This document shows, piece by piece, positions 51,153 to 64,000 of a stretch of 64,000 nt of DNA. Both the position numbers and the translations under genes were made by a program. How positions within the stretch are numbered: the first letter of the stretch is position 1; every line of letters starts with the position of its first letter. The DNA is from Fimbriosthenelais zetlandica (lineage: Eukaryota). Location: the NCBI GenBank assembly GCA_977030845.1, contig OZ365116.1:20646001-20710000 (forward strand). The letters are read 5' to 3'. The notes below the pieces were generated by a model. The model had not been told where the DNA came from and searched no databases. It saw only the letters and a list, made by a program, of their open reading frames with translations.

Positions 51153-54100
51153 CTGAAAAAAGAAGAACAGAAACTTAAGAAAATAATTCATTTCATATGG
51201 AAAATTCATAAGCAATTCACAGGCTCTAATGAAAGGGAGTCTGCCTCATTAAATGTACTTATATAGAAGACAGACCAGGACTCAACCTAAGCAATTATAT
51301 TATAAATGTCTCCAATACACACACAACACAGCCTGAGCCAGCCTGGCAAGCCAAGCAAGTGCAGATCACACAGTAGATCAGGAAGAAGGTCAATAAGTAT
51401 TGATAAACGCCTCCTAGAGCAATTCAGAATTAGACTGGACCAAGAGCTTCTACAAGTCCACAAAAACTGCTTCAGTCGCCAGACAACACCCCACCCACAC
51501 ATACACCCGTATCAGGACTAGCTGGTCAATTGCCTGGGTCCTGCTGGACCCTACATCTCCCAGAGACAAAGTCCGTACCACACATAATACAGGGTGTACT
51601 GGTCCATTGTAAACAATACCAATATTGTTTATCACACTTTATGGATAATAAAAACAGTAATCTTGTAATATTAGATGTCCAAAACAGATCACTGTATGTT
51701 CTTGAGCAGTACAGTAGATTCTAGGGCAGAAAATAGGAGAATAAATTTTTCGTGGCCACCACGCAGATAATTTACGTCTACCGCACCGCTCAATGCATTG
51801 AGTGGTTGAGTTGGTAAGGCTGAAGTTCGAGTCACATGCATGAAGAGGTCTCGTTCAATAATTTAAATGGGAAATGCTGACCTGGCACACATGAGTGTAT
51901 ATAATTCAGATGATAGGGAGGTAGAGGATTTCTAATATATAAGTCATGAGAGGAGATTGTGCGGCAGGTGACCTGCCTCGTCTATATCACATACTTGTCT
52001 CATACGCCGTCCTTACTTCCTCATTCTCCTTATATCGACAGATGTTACCTACTCCCATCATCTCTCCACTTCTCAATATGACAACCCATTACTCCTTGAC
52101 CTTGCCTCATCATTGCCTTTCGTAATTGCGCTCTGCAGGAGGCAATGAACACTGGACAACCACATATACCTTCCACTGAATGGCATATCAATAGCAAGAA
52201 ATAATCACTCCTATTTATAATGAGTACATCTCCTCTAAAAGATGGGCTATTTAATATTTAATGAGAGAATACTTCATCATTATAGGTTGACTAATATTTA
52301 TGATTTTCCAGATATAGCATGGAAATATATTGATATATATGTTGAAGGAATCTAAAATGGCATGTTCCCAATCTATACAAGGGTGTATGAGCCAGCAGTT
52401 GTCCCTGTTATTGCCCACTTCAACAGACTTTAAATAGAAACTGTATTATGTTTACAGGTAATAATTCAGGATGTTTACCACATGAGACTAAACAACATCA
52501 TTCTGTCGTTATATAACTGAAATCTGTAAGTATCAGGTAACTGCATGGCATACAAAACAGACAAATAAAATATTGCTTCTATGCAATAATTATATTGATA
52601 TTAATGTCATCTTTACAGAAGCCTTGTTGGCAAGCATTGATTCTGCCTATCATCAATGAACCAGCTTCAGAGAATGTTTTGGAGCCAAGTCAATTATCAA
52701 AACCTCAATCATCCACCCAATCTAAACCAGGTATTGGTAGTGAGATGGACGTGAGGCGAGGTTACACTCTTCAGCTCACTCATGTTGCTTTCAGTGACAT
52801 GTCCTATAAATTTGATTTTATCAACAGCACAGGAGACCTGCATGCTGACCCGATATCATGAAATTCAAACCATCAGGTTCTTTTGGGGGATCTTGGGTTC
52901 TAAAGTGGATTACCTGATGGCAAAATGGTTAAATCGCTGCAGTGTATCCCAGTGCCGCGGCCACCTCTGAAGATTCCCTTGATGACCTATCTCCCACCCA
53001 AAAAGGTCAGCTATCAGATACCGTGATCCATTGGCCGCTCGATAGCTCATCATACTCGGTTTCACATCAAAGCCATGGCTGGCTTTTGATTGGCTCTGGC
53101 AGGCTGGGAAACGCTGGCTTGACTGACACCGGTGGCCAGCTTGAATTATAACCCTTTCAGCTTCCCCTGGGAGCAAAGAACCTCCTAATGTAATTTACGA
53201 TAGTTCAGCAACATGCAATTATATAATATTATGGCTTTATAATGTCAGAAACAAGTCATCAGATTCCGTCTTTATCATTATAATTGGCTCATATTCTATG
53301 ACAAGGAGTATAATCTTTAACCATTTCTTGTCTTCATTTTCTCCTGGTCTGTGTGCGGTGCTTGGGTCTGCCATGATACAAGAACCAGTAACTATAGATG
53401 CTACAAAACAAGAGTGATTTTAGATAGAGTAACTGGATACCTCACATATAAAAACCAGCCTCTATAGAAGCCTATAATCTCTGTGCTGGAGGATTTATGG
53501 CAGCAAAGATCTCTTTACAGGACTGGTGGTCACCGCCATAAACAGCAGAGTATCATCTGTACCGAAAGACGAGACATGACTAAACTGTAAGAGAAGATAT
53601 CTTACTGGACCTGGACGCCGTCAGTTATTTATATACCTATAATCATAACATATACTTAAGTTGCGTGAGGTGAAGACCCTTATTACGCATTTGAAAATTA
53701 TATATTGGAACTTTCCAGACATTTAAAAAACTAATTATGAAGAAACCTAATATTTCCATCTCCAACTGCAATCAATATGGAGCCATAGGATACTTTTAAA
53801 TTGCTAGGGATCACATTGCCAATTCTTCACAGTTCAGGATGTCACATTTTGTCAGGTCAAAATGTGTTCTGGCTGATGGGAAATCCCCAACACAGCATTC
53901 ACTTAATGATCCTGACCTACAGGTAACCTGCCTTTGAGAAGAGTTTCAAAATTTAATAAAGGGGAAGCACATCCCCTCATTATTAGAAATCCATAGAGGA
54001 TACTATTGCAAATGTCAATTCTCATTCCAAATCCTTTATTATTGGGGATGCAGCATCCGAGTTTGTTAAACGAAATGTTTAAATGACATCTAATCACCAG

Positions 54101-57100
54101 ATGTGACCCTCACCTCAATGTGACCTTGGAGCAGTGGAGGTCATCATTAGAAGGGGTGATGGGCAATGTAATCCGTGCCTGTTATAGAAGAGGTGAGTAA
54201 TTACTACAGGTTCTATACCCATGTATGGTCACCATGGCATGTGTAGCTGCCATGAAGGCCAATCATTGCTACATTATAGCAGAGGAAAGAAAATATTGGA
54301 GATGCAATTAACAAAGACATGGTGCTGTCCTTCCCATGCACCTGGCGGAATTTAATCACCTTCTCACCTGCAGCATGTCAAGATGTGAGAAGCAGGGGGT
54401 CAGCAGGAGGGTGGCTAGAGCCTCGTGAGACCAAGGTTAAGCTCTGGTTATTTACAGCCCGTGGACCTATTGTTAAGTCCCTCCTCCAACAGGCTCATGG
54501 ATGCTCGTGCATCAGGGCGAATTAGTGGTAATTCGACCCTAAACTGAGTGTGCCCAGAGGCAACAGGCACTATTGGTGAGAAGTGGAGGGGAGGGAGAAG
54601 GCTGGAGAATGGAGAAACACCTTTAATACATCAATACTTCAACATCAATTACACAGGGGCTTTCCCTCAATTACAAAATGACAATCAAGAGTAAAAATTG
54701 CAGTGATTTGGTATGTGTTTACCCCAATTCGACATGATTAAAAGTTTACACCATAATATAGAGCAAGCTTGGCACGTATTAAGAGGCCTCGGAATGAAGC
54801 CAAATGATCCTCGCTCCTCATTCATCATTACATTTCCTCTTACAGTGACACTCACAGAGACCTCAAGTTCTTTTGTTCTCATTAACTGAAAGGGAGGGTT
54901 GTGAGTTTTCTGAACACGAAAGGATTGAGTGGTCTTAGGCTGAAGGCGCCTGGCAGTGACACAGATGGAAGGTCAGAGCCATGGTCAACACTAGAAAGGG
55001 AAGACTTCAGTGTGAAGTCTCCCACATGGTCAAAGGTGGTCAGGTTCAAACTATCAAGGCATCAATTTGTACCTTCTATCTATAACTCAAAAGTTGGTGC
55101 AGAGTGAAGAATATTCGTAAACCAAAAATAATTAAATCTTCAAAAAAAGGACCTTTTTGTTGCTGAAGCAGTACATTTTCCACAGTGATGGGAAAAATAC
55201 AACTCCAGGGAAACAGGTGACAGTGGATTGCCACTGTCAGAACATAGTTCATCTTGACAGTGGCCTAACTCCACTTCCTCATTCACATGCTTCCCCAATC
55301 ATATTGACCTTTAACTATCAAGAAGAAAATAATCAAAATCAACCTGACTCTACTCATGCTGACCTTTCCCTAGAGGCATTTCTTTGCCATGTCAAACCGG
55401 GAAATGAGTAGAGAGAAAAGAAAAGAAACTGACACATCTCCTGTGGGTCTTCCAAATGTGTGGTTGGATCGATTTTGTCTGAACTGTTACCTGGGTAAGA
55501 GAGATCCAAACAATAAGTGGAATGAGAAAAGCCACATAGTGAGGAGGAGAGGTCTTATTGATTTCTAGATCCTCCTATTCCCCAGCTGTGTGACTTTACC
55601 CCATCGCAGACACGAACTCAGAAATGCCAAGCCTTGCTGGAACTATTACTGATCTATTTAAGAGAAAAAGTGATCCAGCTAAAAACTTAAAGAAATCAAT
55701 CGGAGAAAAACCACTACATCATATCACAAGTGCAAGAAATTATTCTGCAGTGTGAAGAGCCAGTGAGATCAATAACAGGCCATGCTTGTGCACCACGCCC
55801 TCAGAAGCTTATAGGAATTCACAAATTATATATGCTGCAAATTTATATTCACACAATTCATCCTGAAGTGTTAATTTTGCTAGGCCCAGAGCAATTCTTG
55901 ACAAGGTAAATAGCATGCCTGCAATATCACATATTGATTCAGCCCAAATTGATTTTCAATTCATCCTGAGTGGCCTGCAGGGCATGAAATGCAATTGGCA
56001 TGTTTACAGGCAGAGCAGGCTTTATAACATGTTGTAAAGAGTTTGTATCATTTTACATCACACTGTACCAATATGGCACAGACCTTCCGTGTACAGAGCC
56101 ACCAGAAATGCCAACTCTTCTTATACTACTAACAGCAAAGAGCCGAGTCATACACGATCAGCGCCAACTTTGCCCTATGTTAGCTCCAGTTACTATAGGG
56201 GGGAATCATAGTCATTCTCTGTCTACTTTGAAACAAGGTGCCACGGAGTATAGAGTTAATTGGACAAAAAAACACATGCCACTCCCATGTGCATTGTATC
56301 GTTAATGGCATCCCACTAAAAATCTTTCATCCTGTTTTATGTAGCATTTCTGATGACAGAACAAAAGTGTCCTGCAAGAAAAAAGGGACATTAGCTGTAA
56401 GCCAGAAGCTGTAGATCCCAATAGATGAAAGCAATGTCAAGCGGAGTGCCCGTTAACAATTGATTGTCTGGGTAATGAAGGTGGTGACCATTGTCAATAC
56501 AGCAGCACTGAAGTGAGCAATTTGTGGGGAACAAATGGGGATAAGTAAACAAAGGTGGACATGGACAGTATTCATATTACTGAATCATATCATCTGATGA
56601 GACATAGAAGACAGCATGCAGCAATCACCTCAGTCTATAGCCCCTTGTTTGCCAGCCATATCTGAAGTCTACCATTGAATGATGAAGGGCAATGTCGAAA
56701 TATTACGTGAAGTGGCTGAAAAGCCCAAGGCATCCTTACCATCCTTTTTATCAATTACTGCAAGCCAGGATTCATAAGTACCAAACAAGAATTTTTATAT
56801 ATCTAGCCTAAAGACATAAGATGAAGGCAGGCTGAGAGATTTCATTGGCATTCACGTAATGGCTAGATGGATATTGGATCAGACTGTTGACTCTTTTTGC
56901 CTGTAAGACCCAAGACACGTCCATAAAGTGTTCAACGTCTTCATTTACGTCAACACTTTAAAAGCCGGGATTTGGTCTTAAGAGCCCTTCCAGCTATACA
57001 TGTATGATGGAGGAGTGACAGTCAGATCTGACATCTTGTTATAGTCGAAACTCAGTCTGAGCAACAAGTGTGGAGTTCACTTACTTCACATCCAAACATT

Positions 57101-58486
57101 CTCTTCTCTATAATTGAAGGAATATGGAATCATATAGATTGAGAACAGAGTTAAATTCAGCCCTTGATTATTCTCAAGGGAACATTAGTTGAAAAAGACT
57201 TCTGTCGAACAAGACATGTGTGCTTTCCAAATCTGATTTAATTAATTTCATCTGTTGCAATCCAAGAATGGCAAGTAACTTCTGTGTTTCATTAAAAATG
57301 GCAAACTGTAATTAAGGTACGTGTTTTATGCAGGTTTTTCTACAGGAAAGAGAAGAAAGTGTATGGTGGGAAGAGAACGTGAGAAGAATCTTTCCAGGTT
57401 ACAGATCGGAGAAGAAGACATCGCATGGGCGTTTTCATTTAGGTTTTAACCAGCAATTTCCACTGTCTCTATGATCCCATGATCAAGAGGGATCTCATCA
57501 AAGAGAAGTAAGACGCAGAACCAAAATGGAAACCGTGGACTGGCAACCAAAAAAGGGAATGACCAGACAGGGGCATGTTTTATTTCCTCTGTGGCTGTGG
57601 GGAGGTAACTTGATATATATTCAGGCCAGATCTCATCTTTTTCTTCTAAGGTATTAGTGATGAGGGAAAGGGTGATCTGAGATCAAGTATACCTGTACAT
57701 CTACAAGATTAAAGGCAAATAAATGTCATTGTTAGCAATATTAGATAGCAGAAAGTGTATCACGACTTCCATGAAGCACAGTCTTGGGTACATGGCAGAT
57801 CACTTCCAGTACTGTTTATATATGCAAAGCAGGGATTGAAAGTAAATTCCTTGGGGGCGTTTTTGACAAAAAGGCACACCATCAGCACGGCCTTCCTGGC
57901 ATTGAAGCATCTTATCTCTTAATGGACTCCAAGGAGCCTGCATTAAGTCAGGTGAGGAGGCCTTTCTATGGCAGCATCGGGTTGGATGGAAAGGTGAACT
58001 TCTTGCCAGCACTTGGTGCCTGTATTGTGGGACGTGCTCGGGTCCCACGAAATTAAACAGTGGTTAACCATGCAACGGCCAAAACCAGCTTTTTTGCAAA
58101 ATAAAAGGAAAGTTAAATGAATCAAAACCATGTTTCATCTAACGATTGTCACAGGTTTTAATTATTTCAAGTTCAAATATCATTAATGCAATGAAATGAA
58201 AATGTGGTTCAACATTTCAAATGTAATTGAGCAGATAGTCGAGCATGGCAGGCAAGTCTACTATAATGCATAAGTTATGAGGATGTATTGTGATAAGATG
58301 TGCTGTGCTGTAGGCAGAAAAGAAGCAGATATGGCTGGCTGGTAGTGATGGGAGAAGGCAGTAAGTGGCATTTTAAGCTGGGATCTTCTGTGGTTGGACC
58401 AGTCAGGCAGACACGTCAGCCTTCCACGCACTAATCCCTCCACGTCTCTTCCATTTTCACAAAAATAATAAAATATTTTGCCTCAC

Positions 58487-58560
58487 CCGGTAGTATAGAT
58501 TTATTCTAGATCAATAGCTACTGTCAGAGGATGGTCAGGGCTAAGGGTTTGCATTGTGTT
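58487..58560 (-). other. 3' end of a candidate upstream non-coding exon (5' boundary unknown; end coordinate approximate)
   Basis: Strong donor CGG|gtgagg at 58487/58486. An alternative nearer donor is CAG|gtcagc at 51882/51881. Confidence 0.25.
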
Positions 58561-61500
58561 CCTAAATGATGGCTCCGTAGTTGTAGACCAAACATTTAGT
58601 TGTTCAATAAACCGAATAACCCCGGGTTTTGTTCAATACAATTGTGCGTATGGGATGTTAACCTCGCCCGGGAAGAGAGTGCGAAATGAGGAAGAAAACA
58701 GATCGAGATATAATACAATGACATCAATGTCAAAGTGGAAATGATGCATGAAAACCTGATTACTAATCTTCACATTTCTGACCTTGTCACAAAAACGGTG
58801 CATCGTGCTAGTGCATATCAAATAAAGGCAATTACAATACACCATCGACCATGGTCGATTATGTCACATAAGAGATTAAAGAGGAAAACCACAGGTATGC
58901 ATTCATGAATGCATGGGTCACTAATTCCGTTTTCTTCAGGAGAGATTGTTTTGCTAAGTGTGATTGGGAGCGTTTCCTGTCTGCACAATTTGATTGATTA
59001 AAGTTTGCCTGGTAGGGCTCCGTGATAAAGCTGGGGTAGCAGGAAAGAGCTGGCCATGATTAGGAGGCCCAGCAGGAAGCTAGCTGCCACTTGAGCTGCA
59101 AATGGATTACAGGTGATCACTTCCCTCATTGTCCTCAGTTTCCATGTCTTTTTTCAAATAAGGCTGAGAGCCATTTGTTTTCAGGGAGAAGGGAAAACCG
59201 AGGTGAGAGACAATGCTTTAAAATTAACAAAACCTTTTCTTTGCACAGTGATCAATTCAGGCTTCAAAGGCTCGCCTGTCATCTGTTGCCAGTCTTGCAT
59301 TATTCACCACATCTATCATTGGTAGAGATTGATGGTCGTATAAACCTCAATAGGCCGAGGGACAGAGGGCTGTATATAGAATGAGCAAAACCCGTGAAGC
59401 AAGACAGAGACAGGCCATTTACATGGTGATACAAGCGTAATTATTCCATCATAGACCTGATGTCAATGTTCAAAGCAGGCGAGGTAAAAGAGGTCTGAAC
59501 TCCTCTTTTTTAAGGTAGCAGGTCAATTCACCCTTGCCCTCATCGCTTCCATCCCACCATTTACCACTAGAGGCAATGTACCTATTTTAAGCTAAGGCAG
59601 TGTGAAATATGTATGGAGGTAAAAGTGACTGCAGCCAGCGCACATGGCCGACCCCCTTGGGTAGGGCCTCCACACGTCGATACCCCAACTTTGATTCAGC
59701 GGGGCCGCCTTTGATGTCAGTTGCACCAGGCAATGGCATTTCTCTTCTGTTTGCTTGGTGCCCTGTCCTGTGGCTTGTAAGAGGATGAAGGAAGGAATCC
59801 TCTGCTCAAATTTAACTTCTCCCTGTAATCCATGCCGGCCAATACAAAACAAACTTTCGGCATCAAGTGGCCATGCCATTCAGAGGGGGACCGGAAAGGG
59901 AAGGCTTCATGTATTGCTGGTATCAATGCATGTCATTTTGTTGTTGCTGAAGCCTTAAATACAGATGCTGGCTCACAGTCAACTAACAAAAGCCAAATTC
60001 TGCTCGCAAGGATATGACGTGGGCGTAATATTAAAGCCTTCAACATGCAATATTTGTGCATGAAATAGCCTTTATTGATAAGAATTTATATAGGGACTTG
60101 ATATTGTATGTACGTATTGGGGGCAAGGAAGAAATCATGATAGAATGGTGTGTGGGATATAAGTCCAGGGTGGAAATTAAATTACACTTCTTTATGATGG
60201 AATGAATCTTTCGGAAGAAGGAAATGAAAACGACAGTTGGTCATCAATTCATGGTTTAACTTAGAGGAGGGATGTAATCATCTTAGCATGTGATGATCTG
60301 AAAACATAAGCCACATTGTGTAAATTGCCATCAGCCTATATCAAATGCTCATTGCTTTATTCATCATCACTGCTTCCAATTGCAGACTTCCTGACAGGGC
60401 ATCAATCTGTCTTATGTATAATCAATAAAGCAAGCATTGGTCAGGAGAATACCACAATCCTCTTAGACCAACAGTCAGTATAGCAACATGATTGTTAGCA
60501 GGCAGATCCTATTACAGCCTGACAGCCTTTGGCAGGAGGATGTGGACTAACAGGCAAATCAAACCCCCTAATCCTGGACTTCTAATGCTCCATGTTCCCT
60601 CCGAATCATACCCTCAGAGGGGATTCATCAGGCTTTGTGTCTATTATCATCATTCTCCAGGGCTCTGTCCCTCTCTCCAAGCCTTGGACAGCATGAATAT
60701 GTTATTTTTACACTCGTATTGCCTTGGGTGGTGTGGACGTGGAGACAGATATAAGAGGATTGTTTGGGCTACATTCCTCTATAATACACCAGTTAACACT
60801 CAATTAGTGTGTCAATTTTTACATCGATTTAAAAATATATCGTCACGAACTGTCATTCCCATGCATTATTATAACCCATCTACTTCATTCAATACCAGAG
60901 CAAAAATGCATTGATGATGCAAATCAGATGTGTAACAAAAGCTGCAAAATCATTACTGAAGGAGAAGCAGAATAATAGAACGGCAACAGATAAATAAAAA
61001 AGCCTTGCTTTCCATTCATGGGAATGCAGACCACCACAGGTGGCCATACAGGTGCGCTTCTACTGGAGGAAGATGCCAGGTGAGCATGTACTGAGCAGCT
61101 CTCAGCTCCCTTGTCTGGCCAGCTATAAATAGTAAGGCTGGCTTAAAGCGGGCCTCCTCAGGCACTTCACAGAAGCCAATAAAAATTGAGACAAACAGAC
61201 TCATTTCTTAACACCGCCTCCTTTACGAATCTCATAAAATTCGATTTATTTTGTCTCGACAACAAACCATACTGCATGTATCAGTGATATATGATTCAAT
61301 AGTGAAAACTTAGGATATTTACGAGGTGACAACACTCATTAGTTCCATATGCAATATGCGATTAATTATAGCATATCTGGTAATAAGAACTTATTGCAGA
61401 AAGCTGTTAGCTCATATAATTGCAACTGAACTTGTTCCTCACTCAGTATATAGCTGGTACTTTGACTCACTAATCATGTTAGAGAGTGGGAGAGTGTCAA

Positions 61501-63808
61501 GGTAAGTCAGCTTAATTATTTACTAGCATGCATTGTTAGCCCACACAATGCAATCATTACTGATCCCATCTCCCCATTAAGCATTGTAAGCAAGGTTGTG
61601 AAGGGAAAACACTACTATAATAGGCAAACAATCCATGCAGTTTTTATGAAGTTTTAACACCAGGCTCGGATCTTTTATAGTTCAGGGCTAATTTCACAAT
61701 GACATTGTATTGTTGAATGGTTTGACTGGTCAAGCTTCTGCTTAATTAGCAGACATAAGAGAGGTATAACATTGAAATCAATTTGGAAGCCTTGACTGTC
61801 GACATCAGCCACTAATTGTACTCTAATTCTACACTGTGGTCTGCATGCCAATATATAATATTGTTTAAGTTAAGTCCTTGACATGCAAAGCCACTAGGAG
61901 CTCACTAGCAACTCTGTATAAAATTGACAGAGCGCATGTCTCTATCAAATTTTAATTGATATTTTCCCTTCTGCCACTAGGATAAAAAGTTTGTGATCAT
62001 GACATAATTGGTTTAAATTACTCCAACGATGCAGCGCAAGCAGTAAAAACATCCAGGAAGAGACCTAGACATATATAGATAGGTATTGTTAGAAAGGTAA
62101 AATATATATATAAGAAAAAAAAACGTAAAAAAAGAGATGATACTGCATGGGCTCAGCTAATTTCACTCATTGCCAACTGGGACCATGACTGTCGTGTAAT
62201 GATTCGTACAGAAGCAGTAGCAGTAACACGCCCACCTTTACAATCTATAGTTGGTGAGCAATATGTCTAATGAGGGAAACCTTCAATAGACTCTAATAGA
62301 ACAGATGATCAGAGACTATATTTGATTATCCTTAGCTAGGAGAGGATCCACACAGGGCATCGCCACCCACGTGCAAGTTTAATTCTGATGGGTAGCAGGA
62401 TGGGCACAAGGGGATATAGAGATATAGCATGAAGTAAATGAGGGGAAGATGATTGGTGTCTAAAGTTTCAGGGATGTGGTCATAATGTAAGAAGGTATAC
62501 TTGATGGGGAAACACCTGCTTTTGTTGAACTATCAAGAAGGCTTGTGTACAGGCATACGACTTACACCGCAGGGAATATGTGAAATATATCGTAATTAAT
62601 GGAATGGAATAACGTGGGTAAAATGAAGTTGGCAGAGAAATGACTATAGTTCCAGTGAAAGATATTAGAGACTGGCGTGCAACTTCATTATGGGTGGCAC
62701 GGCTCTGCTCAGTCATACCTGAATAATGGTATGGAATGACCCACCATAACCTATCTTGTAAACTCAGTGGTCCACAGAATAGATCAAACTTAGCATAGCA
62801 AATATAGACAGAGCCTTTACCCCAAAGTTCACAAGTTAAGATTCACTGATTTTCTCATAAAGATCTTGACAGTATCATTTATTCAACTCTGCCGAGCAGA
62901 ACTAATACTGAAGTTTAAAAGGAAGAAGCTCTGAAAGGTACATGGAATAAAACGTATACCTCTGTATGAAAATAAAAGCTGGAAGGCATATATCGGGCCT
63001 ACATCTTATCGAGTGGTGATTACAGCGGATGGGTGGCATTTCTAGTGGAGGGTAAGGCTGGATGCTTTTCCAATAGACTGACCAGCGCTGGAGGGAGTGA
63101 CCACTGCATTAAATGGACAATCACTGGACACCCGTATCGATTACCGCTAGAGCCATATAGCAGCAACCGCTTGAATGAGTTCCCTGGATGTAACTTCAAG
63201 AGTCCTTGACAGCCTTAATGGAACATTAAGCACAGGGTTGGAACTAGCTCATATTTTATGGGTCATCAATGGTTAGGTCATAGGAGCAAATGTACATGCT
63301 TATAGAGTGCAATGCACAGAACAGAAGACAGTATAGGACGATTCAGTAAGGAAACAGTAAAGAACTTCATGACAAGTAACGATTGGAACCAGAGCCACTG
63401 GTAGAGGCTAATGTGAGACAATCGCCTATTAAAATTGCGGTATATATAAGTGCTCGATATAAGAAACTTGACAAACTAAAAGCCATTTACCTATACACGA
63501 CGAGGGAAAGAAAAACACCACTTGAGATGGCTTAAACATGCCAATCATGGCCACTTTTATAGCTGCTTTAATTATGACATGCATATCACACACGTAGGGG
63601 AGAAAAGTCCATGCATATTGTATGCCACCTTTATAGTTCCCATCTACCGAGCCTCAGCATGAGGCAGGGGAGACTATTTATATCATTAAAAGATAGTTGA
63701 TATTTTCTAATCACAGTATAAAGTGCAAAGGCTGCTCAATTATTTATCAGCCTAAGACCAATTAAAGGCAGATTGACAGCAAAATCATTGTTATCTCAGC
63801 AGCGTCTC

Positions 63809-63890
63809 GTTGCCTAGCAGCCGAGTATTGGCTGACAATGATAAGTGCAGTACCAGGAGCGCCGAGGGAACTATTAAACGCCTCCCGCCC
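63809..63890. promoter_or_regulatory. RFX X-box-like GTTGCCTAGCAGC plus CCAAT and GC-box-like motifs
   Basis: 63809-63821 is one mismatch from GTTGCCTAGCAAC. attgg at 63827-63831 and cctcccgccc at 63881-63890, in a CpG-rich stretch. Confidence 0.4.
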
Positions 63891-64000
63891 GTACACACCT
63901 GCTCGCATCAACTCAATAGTGCTCTCACTACTTTATACCTACATTGTATAAGGGTTCTTATATCCCCAGAGGTCTGTATTTACTGAAAATAGCCAGTGAC

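Noticed and set aside
59592-60914. 95-aa minus-strand and 140-aa plus-strand ORFs
   Set aside because: No domain, no flanking splice signals, and lengths expected by chance in 64 kb.
61018-61079. Plus-strand ATG exon MGMQTTTGGHTGALLLEEDA ending CAG|gtgagc
   Set aside because: No downstream plus-strand exons found. Kept as an example of the false-positive rate of the first-exon test.
1-64000. Prokaryotic-type systems (CRISPR arrays, operons, defence or phage genes) and intact transposons
   Set aside because: No regularly spaced repeat-spacer array, no dense ORF packing, and no transposase, RT or integrase ORF seen. The sequence has spliceosomal exon-intron structure.

Overview
This is AT-rich, intron-rich animal genomic DNA, probably from an invertebrate; the taxon cannot be determined from the sequence. 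I saw no operons, CRISPR arrays, rRNA, intact tRNA or intact transposase/RT ORFs. Most of the window is the 5' regulatory half of one minus-strand gene, a type IV diacylglycerol kinase (Drosophila rdgA / vertebrate DGKI-DGKZ family). The assignment rests on recalled family sequences, not a database search: (i) a 1135-nt exon (11332-10198) encodes an rdgA-like disordered N-terminus, and (ii) a Gly-rich exon at 51079-50889 ends in IRKQTSYR|, like DGKI exon 1 (RKQVSYR|KAIS). I did not find the C1, catalytic or ankyrin exons, so they should lie left of position 1. Reading the minus strand for splice signals gives a set of candidate alternative first exons ending in phase 2 or phase 1, three symmetric phase 2-2 microexons, and a 74-nt phase 2-to-1 adapter exon that makes the large exon an optional in-frame cassette. 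The large exon encodes a repeated module: an LxVP-like motif (calcineurin-docking type) followed 10-13 residues later by the serine of an R-x-x-S-hydrophobic-D/E site. A candidate promoter 5' of that cassette has three TGACGT elements at exact 11-bp spacing abutting a TATA-like box. Also present are a perfect 201-bp tandem duplication with a templated junction, simple repeats, an intronic dual-ETS promoter-like island and an RFX X-box near the right end. All exon joins are predicted from splice consensus and frame logic only.
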